Shown in pieces: positions 12,172-24,600 of a stretch of DNA of 64,000 nt. Both the position numbers and the translations under genes were made by a program. Below the pieces are notes generated by a model. It did not search any database and was not told the DNA's origin. It saw only the letters and a program-made list of their open reading frames with translations. Source of the DNA: Octopus sinensis (Eukaryota). The first letter of the stretch is position 1; the number at the start of each line of letters is the position of its first letter. The stretch is taken from NCBI RefSeq assembly GCF_006345805.1, contig NC_043003.1, positions 29,264,001-29,328,000 on the forward strand, read 5' to 3'.

Positions 12172-12545
12172 ATGTTCCCTCATGGTAAGTGATTCTATTT
12201 CATTGCAAAAAGTATATTTGTCATTTGAACAAAGGAGACTTTATACAGTTGCTCGGCCTGCTAGAAAATCATACCCTTCTGCCTTAAATCACACCCTACT
12301 TTCTTAAAGAAAAGTACATTGAACAGAACACTCTGATGTACATAAAGGTATGATCACTGGTTGAAATGCCTTTGATGATAAGTCAGATGAATCGGGACTG
12401 GCCAGGGTCTAAATGACAACTTTTAATTGCAATATACTTACATAATCATTAAGACGGTGAGCTGGCAGAATTGTTGGCACACTGAACAAAATGCTTAGCA
12501 ACATTTGGTGTCCTTATGTTCTGAGTTCAAATTCCACTCAAGTTC

Positions 12546-12793
12546 ATCATCATTATCATCATCATCATCATTGTTTAATGTCCGCTTTCCATGCTAGCAT
12601 GGGTTGGACGATTTGACTGAAGTCTGGCAAACCAGATGGTTGCACCAAGCTCCAATCTGATCTGGCAGAGTTCCTACAGCTGGATGCCCTTCCTAACGTC
12701 AACCACTTCGAGAGTGTAGTGGGTGCTTTTATGTGCCACCAGTATGAGGGCCAGTCAGGCGGTACTGGCAACGGCCACGCTCAAATGGTGCTT
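12546..12793 (-). mobile_element. RTE 3'-UTR/tail fragment inserted into a family-2 SINE
   Basis: (cat)n + ttaatgtccgctttccatgctagcatgggttggacg is the reverse complement of the RTE tail; SINE halves flank it. Confidence 0.7.
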
Positions 12794-14547
12794 GCTTTTC
12801 ATCCTTTCAGTGTCAATACAATAAGTACCAGTTAACTACTGGAGGTGTGGGTGGGGTCAATGTAATCAACTTACCCCTACTTCCCTGATCTTGCTAGCCT
12901 TGAGCCAAAATCAGAAACCAATATACTTACATAATCAAGTGTGATTATCTGTGAGACTGGGTATGGTGGCTTTAGTCTATGATTTGCTGTTGTCATTTAG
13001 GCCCAAGTTTGCCTGGTCAAAGCCAAGAATGGCAAAGCATGAGTCATATTCTTCCTGTTGAATAACATCTGGAAGATAAGACTCATCCACAGTATTACTT
13101 GAATCCACATCCTCAATTCAAGTGTGATGTCAGTTGATTTGTATTGGATTGTGACATGGAGATATACAAAAGCCTCTCTAAAGAGGATTCAGAACTTAAT
13201 CAACCACTACCTCTAGGGGATATTCAGAATCCATTGACTGAAGAAAATCAACAGCATAGCTCTGTGGGAACAAACCCAGCAGTCCCCTGTTGACATGTGG
13301 ACCAAGCATAAAACCTAGCACTGGATTTGGTATACCTGCTAAAGGCTACATTTCAACTTCATCAGGTTATCTTGGTAGAACCCACAAGCTATATAAGGAA
13401 GAGATGAGAGCCAGGAAACTCCTTGAAAATGAAGTGAGAGCTTGATGGAGCTGGGGCTACAACTGGAACAGAAATCCCAGGAGAGAGATGAATAGAGGGA
13501 ATTTGTCAAGGGCCTAATGAAAAAATAACAAGTTTGATGAAACAAACACCTGATCGTGCGAATGTGAGCCACAACTAATTAATCATATTTCCAAGAATGG
13601 CATAACCTGGACTACATCATACAGTGTGGATTTTAGGGTGGTTTGGATGCTATTTCCAGCAGGGTATGTAACTATGTAGAGGCTCTTACATATCGATCAG
13701 GATCAATATAAATCAGGGGGAAAAAAAGCAATCAATGAGAACTAACACATCTGAGATTGTTAATGAAAATAGAAACATGGATTTAGCAACAATTGTAGAA
13801 TCCTTTTAGTATTAAGTTTTGTTTTGGTGTTTAGTTTATGTTTTTGTTCTTTTATTCTTTTGCTGTATTCAGTCAGTGCACTGTGGCCATGCTGGGGCTC
13901 TGCCTTCAAGGGATTTACCTAATCATATTGTCCCCAGTATTAATTTCAGTCTCTTATTTGTTTTATTGATCTATATTATAGGAGCAGACATGGATGTATG
14001 GTTAAGAAGTTTGCTTCCCAACCACATGGTTTCAGATTCAGTCTCACTGCATGGCTAGTTAAAGCCTTGGGAGTGAATTTGGTACACGAATACTGAAAGA
14101 AGCCTGTCACGTGTGTGTGTGTGTGTCCTTGTCTTGACATCACATAATAGTTAAGTAAGTGAGTATTAGTGTTGTACAAACAGTTTCATTCACCTTCAGT
14201 ATTCGGCAAAATATGTCTGGCCTGGGGAAAATTTTGCCTTGCTTGGAAACAATTGGGGCCTGGCAACAGTAAAGGCATCCAGCTGTAAAAAATCTGCTTC
14301 TTCCGACTCTCTCCAACCCATTCAAGTATGGAAAAGTGGACATCATCATCATCATGTAGTAGTAGTAGTAGTAGTAGTAAATACTACTCCACATTGTATA
14401 AAGGTAGGCAAGAGTGGCTGGAAAGAATGATGGTTTTTGAAAAGATGTCAGAGTATACTATCAAGATACAAGTAGATAAGTATAAGAAAGAATTGGAAAG
14501 GGTGAGTAGATAACTTCATCGGATTGTGAAAAGAGAATGGTAAATGG

Positions 14548-15127
14548 TTAATCCTTTAGTGTTTAAACCATTTATCTCCAGCTCACTACCTATTTTATGT
14601 TCAGACCAGCCATATCTAACCTTTCACATTCCCCCTACAATGTCCTTCTAAAAGATAAACAATCAGGCGTGGCTGTGTGGTAAGAAGCTTACTTCCAAAC
14701 CACTTGGTCCTGGGTTCAGTCCCACTGTGTATCACCTTGGGCACATGTCTTCTACTATAGCCAGCTGAAGCCTTGTGAACAAATTTGGTAGACAGAAACT
14801 GAAAGAAGTCCATCACATGTATGTGTGTGTTTGTTCCCCACCACCATTTGATAACCGGTGTTGGTGTGTTTACGTTACCATAACTTAGTGATTCAGCAAC
14901 AAGTGACCAATAGGATAAGTACTAGGCTTTAAAAAATGTAAATACTGGGGTTGATTCGTTTGACTATAAAGTTCTTCAAGACAGTGCCCAAGCATGGCCA
15001 CAGATAAATGATAAAATTATATCATTGAAGTTTTGATGCTGCAAGATAATGCATGGTTAATGTAAAACAGTGTGAATAAATAAGCATTACAATTGACAGA
15101 ATAACCTGCTGAATTCTAAAAGGTTAA
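14548..15127. mobile_element. piggyBac-type MITE interrupted by a SINE (~14665-15010)
   Basis: TTAA-flanked ttaatcctttag...ctaaaaggttaa; body matches 48093-48312. Confidence 0.55.
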
Positions 15128-15777
15128 TGCAGTGAATGGAACAAGGATAGAGGTTCAGTCAATGCTAAATATCAGTGCAGAGAAAAGGTGAAAGAATAGG
15201 AGTAACTTAGGAAGGAAGTAACAGTACAGAAAGAGTGTAGAGCAGCTGTATAATAAACCTGTTTGATTGTATGATAATTTTAACTAATTATATTTTTCTG
15301 TTCTGTATTTTCACAGTTCATCGCTTCATCCCAAGGAATGACAGCAACAACAACCCTCACCATCCGTATTTTATATATGTCTCCGTTTATATTGATTTTA
15401 TTGAGAGAGAGAGAGAGAGAGTTGTGTGTGTGTATGTAACAGTTATGGTGGGAGAGGGTTATAACAAGGATTGGTATGGACTGAGCCCTCAGTTAACTTA
15501 TAGTGCATGTATGTGTGTGTGATTACATGTATATATTTGTGTGAATGTGCTTATATGTATATATGAATGTATGTTTGCTTTTGTAATTCATGAAGGTGTG
15601 CATGTGTATATATATATATATTCTCAATATAAAATTGTGTACATATAAACACAAGAGAAGCTGCCTTTACCAGGCAGCTTTACATGCTAGAAGAAATAGT
15701 CAAAACAACCAAAACCAGATTTAAGAGCAATTTTGAAGGGAATGAAAAATAAAAACTTTTACCTTGTAACTTTTTTA

Positions 15778-15850
15778 CAGTCATACCGAGGTTTCAAATT
15801 TTATTTAGCAAATAAAATAATTTGCTAGGCGAAATTCTCCTCAGTGACCA
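15778..15850 (-). ncRNA. Type-I hammerhead ribozyme motif
   Basis: Minus strand reads tggtca-CTGAGGA-gaattt...aaattt-GAAA-cctcgg-TA-tgactg; stems I and II pair, stem III is minimal. Confidence 0.65.
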
Positions 15851-16073
15851 CACCATAACATAAACATATAATTTAGAGACAAATAAAAAAAGAAAAACTC
15901 ACTACCCTATATATTTTACGTATATGATTTTAGCATTTTCAGAAGATTAGTTCGGCATTTTTTCATTTGCTACTGACTGAAACTGCACTTGCATGGTGAA
16001 TTTGAAAAATTATAATATATAATGAGGAGACACTTGTTATTTGTCTCTAAATTATATGTTAATGTTATGGTGC

Positions 16074-16144
16074 GGTCACTGATGAGAATTTCACCTAATA
16101 AATTATTTTATTTGCCAAATAAAATTTGAAACCTTGGTATGATC
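16074..16144 (+). ncRNA. Type-I hammerhead ribozyme motif
   Basis: ggtca-CTGATGA(16079-85)-gaattt...aaattt-GAAA(16128-31)-ccttgg-TA(16138-39)-tgatc. Confidence 0.7.
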
Positions 16145-16720
16145 ATAAAAAAATAACAAGGTAAAAGTTTTTATTTTTCATTCCCTTCAAAATTGCTCTT
16201 AAATTTTGTTTTTTGTCATTTTGACTGCTTCTTGTAGCATGTCAAGCTGCCTGTTAAAGGCAGCTTCTCTTGTGTTTAAATGTACACTATTTTATATTGA
16301 GAATATGTTGTCTATTGACTTTTTTATACATGCTAGTCCACTGGTGGTGAAACTTCTAAAAGATAAACTCGCTACCCTATATATTTTACCTATATATATA
16401 TATATATACATACATACAAATATTCTATAACTTTAATCAGGGATCAGCTAATTGCTTCACCGCACACTGAATTTAGAAATAGGAGTTAAAATGCCTTTTC
16501 TGCTACCATAAAGATCTCCCACACAGTAACACTTTTTTACATAGGCAAAAGAAAAAATAACATATCCACAAAACTCAGATTAGCTGACCCCTGATTATAA
16601 TTATGTTTATAATTATAGAATATTTGTATAATTTTACCTGAAAAGGTTATTTTAACATACCAAACTACTTGGTAAAATTATTAATTATTAATTAATTGAC
16701 TAATTTTACCCTTTTATTTT

Positions 16721-16759
<39 letters not shown>

Positions 16760-17229
16760 GATGAGTGTGTATGTATGATGTATATGTGCGTGTGTGTATT
16801 ATTTCATTATAGTAATCTAAATAAATAAAAATGCAAAATATAAAATAATAAATGGTGCTATTTTATATAAAAGACAATCTGTTGTTTTCCCTGGTTCAAG
16901 GAATGTATTGGTGTTCTATGTCACTACATATTAATACAAGTCTCATTTATTCATTTAACATCCATTTTTCCATGCTAACAGGTTTGAATGGAGAATCATC
17001 TGAGGCAAGGTTTTTACTTCTGGATGCTTTCCTATTGCTAATTCTTACCTGTTTCACAAGACAAGGATCTCTTTATTTCATAGGTCTTTGATGTGCAGTG
17101 ACTGGTCAAAATATCAACAAAGAATGTCAACATTGGCACCACTTTGCTCAAGTGGTGACAAGCATGGAATATAAACATTCAGACACATTTGTACACAAAT
17201 GCTCATACACAAATATATGATGGGCATAT

Positions 17230-17790
17230 GTTGGGCCTCACAGAGGCAATGACAAAAGACCAAGACCTCTGGAGGTATGCTGTGACTGAGAAGACCCGGC
17301 AAATAAAGTGAGTCCACAGCTGTAACCTATACAAGTGTCGCATAACCAGCCCACTCAAAAGTACCTTGGATCGTAGGGTGATATGCCATGCTTGAGGAGA
17401 CCTATTTAGTCAAGTACATCAACATCAAATCAAATGGAAATTGTAGTTGTGAGCCCCAGCCGGTAGCATGTAAAAAGCACCATCCAAACGTGGCCAATGC
17501 CAGTGCTGCCTTGACTGGCTTCCATGCCAGTGGCACGTAAAAAGCACTATCTGAGTGTGGTCGATGCCAGCTCCTCTGACTCCTTCTGCCAGTAGCACGT
17601 AATAAGCACCCATTACACTCGCGGAATAGTTGGCGTTAGGAAAGGCATCCAGCTGTAGAAACACTGCCAGATCAGATTGGGGCCTGGTGCAGCCTCCTGG
17701 CTTCCCAGACCCCAGTCAAACCATCCAACCCATGCCAGTATGGAAAACGGATGTTAAACGATGCTGTTGCTGGTGCTGGTTGTTGTTGCT
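17230..17790 (+). mobile_element. RTE LINE 3' end fragment
   Basis: ttgggcctcacagaggcaatgacaaaagac (LGLTEAMTKD) plus 3' UTR matching 5865-6410. Confidence 0.8.
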
Positions 17791-18163
17791 GTTGTTCAGT
17801 TTCTGACTCCCAAATTTCCTTACATGGCATTGATTAGCCTGGAGCTATAAGTAGGAGAAAAAGATTCCACACACAGACCAAAACTTTGTGATTGGATTTG
17901 GTAGATGGAAACTAAAAGGAGTGTAGTGGGTGCTTTTCACGTGCCACCTGCACAGGTGCCAGGCGAGGCTGGCATCGGCCACGGTCTGATTGGTGCATTT
18001 TACGTGCCACCGGCACGGAAGCCAGTCGAGGCGGCGCTGGCATCGGCCACGATTCGGATAGTGCTTTTTACGTATCACCAGTCCAGGGGTCCTGGCATCT
18101 GCCGGGTGCCAATCATAGGATTGGTTCAATTTCGATTTATGTATATGTATATATATATATATA

Positions 18164-18261
<98 letters not shown>

Positions 18262-18297
18262 GTGTGTGTGTGTATATATATATATGTGGTGTGTGTG

Positions 18298-18364
<67 letters not shown>

Positions 18365-19993
18365 GCGTGTGTGTGTGTATGTGCGATATAACACATATAC
18401 TTACGTGAGTGCGGGAGAAACAATAGAAGACAAATGGAGCTCTTGTTATGCCATTAAAAATATTATTAACGTTTTTGCGCGCACGCACGTGTTTGTTGTA
18501 TATGTGTACATATATGCATGTTTATGCATGAATACGTGTGCGTATCTATGCACATGTATGTGTGTGCGAGTGAGTGGGAGACCATGCACTTGTCAGCAAC
18601 CATCACAGAAAAGCAAGTTGCTGTTGATAGAATCATTTAAAATCAATGAGGGAAGCTAAGTTAGACAATACAAGTCGTGTTGACAAATGGTTCAGTAATT
18701 AAAGGTGGAAGAATATCATAATGGCGGGAGATGAAAAGAAAAAGGAAAGAAAGAAAGAGGGAGTGATGCTTATAATGGCAAAGAAAGGTGGCAGCGGTGG
18801 CGATGTTGTTGATTGTTGGGGGTTTATAGGTACAGAATCGATGGTTATAGGTACATTATAAATAAACATGTTGAGAAAATTGATGAACAGATATTGAGAA
18901 GGAAAGAAGGCATAGAGAAAAAGAGATGAACAGAGACGTGGTAGAGAGAAAGAGGTGGGTTAAGAGATGATGATATTTAGCTGAAGTAACAGAGTGACTC
19001 AAGGCCCGAGAGTTTTGTGCTTTGGCACTTATCAAACCTCTCGGACCTGGAGTCACTCTGTTACTTCAGCTAAATATTCTTTTCTGCTCTAGGCACAAGG
19101 CCCGAAATTTTAGGGGAGATCGATTCCAGTACGCAACTGGTACTTAATTTATCCACCCCAAAAGGATGAATGGCTAAGTCGACCTCGGCGGAATTTGAAC
19201 TCAGAACGTAAAGGTAGACGAACTTCTGCTAAATATTAATAAAAATATACTTGCATCAACATACCTATACACACACACACATACGTGTGTGAATTGGTGC
19301 GAAGACATGAAGAAGGGGATAAAGGCATGGCATGAAACAAAGAATGATGGTGGGAGACACGAGAGACGTAGAGAGAGAGTGTGTGTGTCGTTGTGTAAAT
19401 ATAATTGTGAAAGTGAGAAATTTGGTGTGGGAAGAAAGATAAAAAGAAAAGGTGAAAGTGAACTCGTGGAAAGTGTAGATGGAGAGAGAGGGGGGAATGA
19501 AGAGATGGAAGGGGAAAATTTGAAGAGAGAACGTGAGTGAACGAAAACGTATGGAGTGTATCAGAAGGGGAGGATTGTGAGGAAAAAGGTTAATCACATA
19601 GAGAGAGTGAGACTGAAGCTATCCGAAATACAAGTATGAAAGAAAGAGCGAGAGAAGAGCATGCGGTGCGGTAGGGAAAGGATGGATTGATTGAACAAGA
19701 AGAGGAGGTTAAAAGCGGGAGGAAGGTTATGGAATAGGTGGAAACAGTGAGGAAAGGGGAAATACGGGAAGTGGAACAGTTAAAGGGAGAAGTGGTGGGA
19801 GGAAGGGGAATAGTAAGAAAATTATGAGAATTAGGGAGAGTGGGGTAGAGCGTAAATTTAATGTATGTGTGTGTATGTATATATATATATATACACACAC
19901 ACATATATATATATACACACACACACATATATATATATATATACATACACACATGTATACACGTCAAAAATATCTATATATGCACAAGCGTGA

Positions 19994-20029
<36 letters not shown>

Positions 20030-20244
20030 AACAGTTAAAGAACTGTTGAAATAAAACAAATATACATGCATGTACATATTGAGTGTGAGATCAATCGATC
20101 GATAGATAGATAGATATATGGATGGACAGAAGTGCTATTAAATTAACAACTATAGGATTAAAACACTGTGTGTTGAAAGAAGTGAGATGGAAACACAGCG
20201 AACTATCATCAATAGAAAAAACAATCGATTAAATTAATGAACAA

Positions 20245-20409
20245 ACTCTCTCTCTCTCTCTTCTTCTTCTTTCACTTCTCAAACACAATATATACTGCCT
20301 TCTAAAGCTCTCTCTTTCTCCTTCTCTCTCTCTCTCTCAAGACACTTTTTCGACCTCTTCTCTCTGTTTCTCTCTCAATCTTACTCTTTCTATCAGTTTT
20401 TCACACATA

Positions 20410-20449
<40 letters not shown>

Positions 20450-20628
20450 CCCTTTCTTGTGGTTACCAATCACTGCCGACACTACCATCACTGTCGCTAA
20501 AATCAATACAACCACAACAGCAGCCAGAACTAACATTTCATTCATTGTAGCAGATCTGGGCATTATTATCATCACCTATCTTCCATCATCAGGTTTGTAG
20601 CCGCTTCAAGGCGTACGGATCGACCCAG
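20245..20628 (+). promoter_or_regulatory. Possible promoter / first non-coding exon of the TRIM-like gene
   Basis: (CT)n tracts, locally CpG-retaining non-repeat sequence, CAG/GTGAGA donor at 20629; linkage to the 40166 acceptor is inferred. Confidence 0.3.
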
Positions 20629-21039
20629 GTGAGATATATGTATATAAATACATGTACATACGTTTATACATTTTAAAAAAATCCCTTTGTTCTGAACCTT
20701 GCTTCTATTTTAGTTTATTTTCTTCAATGCTCGCCACCTGCTAAATAAATTACTAATTTTATTTTAATTTTCGGTACCTCAACGTCTCTCCCGTATTTTT
20801 TTCCCGTTGTACACTGTAACACTATGTGCGTGTGTAGAGAGAGAAATATAGATATGTATTATGTTCGTTTACAAATGAATACACTCAACAGCATGTATTG
20901 AGTCCGTAATCTATTTCTTTGTTTATCCAACTATATCTGGTGGTGGAGTCAGTGATATGTACGTGTATACATCTGAATGAGTATGTGTATGTTTGCATGT
21001 ATGTATGTATTATTGTATCTGTCAATCTATCTATTTATC

Positions 21040-21088
<49 letters not shown>

Positions 21089-21136
21089 TATATATGTATA
21101 CATGTAATATATATATATATATGTATACATGTATGT

Positions 21137-21173
<37 letters not shown>

Positions 21174-21563
21174 CATACACATATATATATATATATATAA
21201 TATATATATATATATATAAATACATATATATATATAGGTATGTATATGTGTGTGTGTATACACAAACATACAGATAGATGTGTATATATATTTCTATGTA
21301 TATACATATATATAGCTATATATATATATATATATGTATATCTATATATCTACGTGTGTGTGTGTGTGTGTGTGAAAATGTATGTTTGTATGTATGTACA
21401 TTATCCTCCACATTATTGAATTTTGTAATTCTTGAAAATTTTGCCAGCATGTGAAATTCTATTACACAAAAACTTATTTTGTTATTGGTTTCCACATAAT
21501 AAAAAAAGCCTTCTTTTCTTTTGCTGATATGAAAGGGAATAATATAACAACAGCAACAACAAC

Positions 21564-21605
<42 letters not shown>

Positions 21606-24600
21606 GTTTCTGATTTAGGCACAAAGCCAGCAATTTTAGGGGAGGATGTAACTTGCTACCATTCCAGCTTCATCTGGTATTTCACTACTACTTTTACTTT
21701 ACCATGCCCTGAGGGATAAATGGCAAAACTGACCTCAGTGGTATTTGAACTCAATTAGGAAAAAATACTGCAAATCATTGGTTTTTATTTTTACTTTTTT
21801 GCAATACTCTGATGTGTCTGCTAGCTCACTACCACTTCTCTGCGTGAAAAATATCAATTTTTAACACGTACTTAGTGTACATAAAAAGAAAAACCTTTTA
21901 ATGTAAAATACATTAGGAAAAAATAAGAACACAGTAATGTCAGTTTCTGCTATGTACTTACCACAAATAATGTTGCCTGCTGTGTAATAGATGGTGATGT
22001 AATGGAAGTTGGTGAGAGGCACTATCTTCTGTCACGCAGATCACCATCATAGGTAGGCATCTGTTTCAAGGGTGAACAGCTTTCCAAAGTTGTTTGACAT
22101 CTCCATATTGTTTTCTGTTTCTTGTTTGTGAAACAGAAAATGATATAGAGAAAGGTATCTTATATTGCAAGCTGCATGGCAACTTCACGAGTGCTGGTGC
22201 CATGAAAAATAGCACCCAGTACATGGTGTAAAGTGGTTGGTGTTAGGAAGGACATCCAACTGTGGAAACTATGGCAAAGTTGACATTGAAGCGTAATGCT
22301 GTCCTCTAGCAATTCAGATCCTGTCTAACTATCCAACCTATGCAAGTATGGAATATGGACGTTCAATGATGATCATGATGTTTAGGACATACCATTTCTT
22401 TGTATATGAACTCATCTTGTAATTATGCTATGTTATCATGAGAATTGTTATCAGCAAAGACTTGAAGACCTTCTTTTATAAATGCCAACCCTTTAGATAT
22501 ATTCCTCATAGTCAACTGAAGTGGTGTGGGTGAAGTGTCTATGCCCTGTCCTTGCCCTGCAGTTCCCTCTGCTTCTAACATCATCACCTCCTTATCAAAC
22601 ATACTTTCTTAATGACACACTAGTAACTCAAACATATCATCCTCTATGATTTCTTCAAACCTACATCATATGCTAATTCAATATAGACAACTTTCTGATT
22701 ATGGAAAATCTGCAAAGTCACTGATCTTGTCAAACACCATAGCTGAGGGTTTCACTTCATCTCATAATTGTTTAGGTTATCCACTGCATCCATTATGTTG
22801 CCCTTTTCCCAGGTTTATCTTCCCCATCAGTTTCTTTTATAAATTATTCCAAAGTACTTCTCAGATAATGTCTTCATGTTTGCTATCACACCCTGTTCCA
22901 TCAACTGGAGTTTAAAAAGTGTACTTAGGGATGTATTCCACTTTCCCATTGTCAGAACATTTATGTTTACTGGGTGGCTTGGTGTTTTGTCTAAATGAAG
23001 CAATCGTTTGTTGGAAATTTTATGACTGATACTGTACCTTTCTATATAGGATAAAACATAATTTCTTAGACCAGTCTTGTTTCAACATCAAATCACAGAT
23101 AGGTTAAACTTAGTATAGTCCTTGAATGCTCTTGGATTCTGAAAGTAGTATATAATTAGGGGCTTTAATTTTGTATCTTCACCAGTATTTCCTTCCACAA
23201 GAATTTTTTCCTAAAGTCTGGTACTGATTTTTCTTAACTAGAAATAAAAATCCTAATAGGCATAGACTTCCAAAAAAATCCTAGTCTCATTAATATCATT
23301 CATTTGTTCTAATGCCTCCTTCGGATGCCTTTGTTCTCATTGCTTCCTAGACCAATAATTTGTTTCAGCTCAGCTCCTTAGGATATTTTGAAACCGTCTC
23401 TTCATTAGTAATTTTAATGTTATAGAAATGAAGCCATCTCTTAAACCTTTCAGACCAGCCTTTACAAGTAAAAAAAAGTTATACATCTGAAATTGTGTTT
23501 TCTGCTTTCTGCAAATCCTTGTGCAAAGTTTTAATTTACACGTGAATGACTAGCATATTTATTGATACATTATACCCAGACTGATCCATGCCCTCAAGAA
23601 CCTTTCCATTTTAAGCATCACTTCAAACTTATCAAAAAATAATGTCCAAGTATTTAATGAAATGGGTCTGATGCAGGGGGAAAACTGAATCATATTACAC
23701 AAACATTAAAGCTTACAATGTCTACTTTGGAAATAATATGTGACTATAATGCTAACATTAGATCAAATGCTTAAAAGCCTGGACAAGTGATGCTTAAAAT
23801 AGAATGACTCTTGAGTGTGTATAGATCAGCAATCAGACTGGATATAATGTTCTGAAAGACACTATTGTTATTCAAGTGGAAGCTAAAAGGTTATATTACT
23901 ATTTGCAAGAAGTAGAAGGTGCAATTTCTAATGTAAAACATTTTGTTTCTGGTAAAGTCTGATTTTAACGTTTAAAAAGATATACTAATTTTCATAACAT
24001 TAAAATGACTGATAAATCTGCCATTGTTGATACAGAGGTTGCTATTAATTTTTCCAAGAAGCTGAAGAAAATAATTCCTTAAGGAAGTTGTGCAACAAGT
24101 TTAATACCCAACATAGTCTCTTTACAAATCTTTTTGGTGCTACTGCCTTCACTTCTATAGGGAACCAAATATATTTTTTGAAGGGACCAATCTTGACGAG
24201 TGCATTCTTTTGTGTGTATCTGCAGCTCTGTCTCCAGAGATGGGGCCCTAGACTTTGAAAATCAAGGTGTAGGTTGTGATCTCAGTTGCATTTGGGACAT
24301 TGGAGAAATGAGTCTGATCAGCCTGGAAGCTTGAAGCTGTTAATCAGGCTTAGCATCTATGATACTTCTATCATTACATCCCTGCTGTACTCAGTCTGAG
24401 ATAAGGACTCCATCATCATCATCATCATTTAAAATTCATTTTCTATGCTGGCATGGGTTGGACGGCTTGACATGCTCCAAGTTGCAGAACTGCATCAGGC
24501 TTGAATGTTTGCTTTGGTATGGTTTCTGTGGCTGGATGCCCTTTCTAACATCAACCACTTTACAATGTGTTCAGGGTGCATTTTTTCATGGCACCAGCAC

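Larger units (their letters stand above)
15618..16306. repeat. ~270-bp-arm inverted repeat (15618-15886 / 16037-16306) next to (TA)n; Penelope-like pLTR remnant
   Basis: Arms are diverged reverse complements; the spacer start aactcactaccctatatattttac recurs at ~16366; each arm contains a hammerhead core. Confidence 0.85.
15317..16830 (+). other. Possible non-coding terminal (3' UTR) exon of the RAP1-like gene
   Basis: Strong acceptor tttttctgttctgtattttcacAG ending at 15316, which could pair with the post-stop donor at 12185; several AATAAA downstream; 3' end uncertain. Confidence 0.35.
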
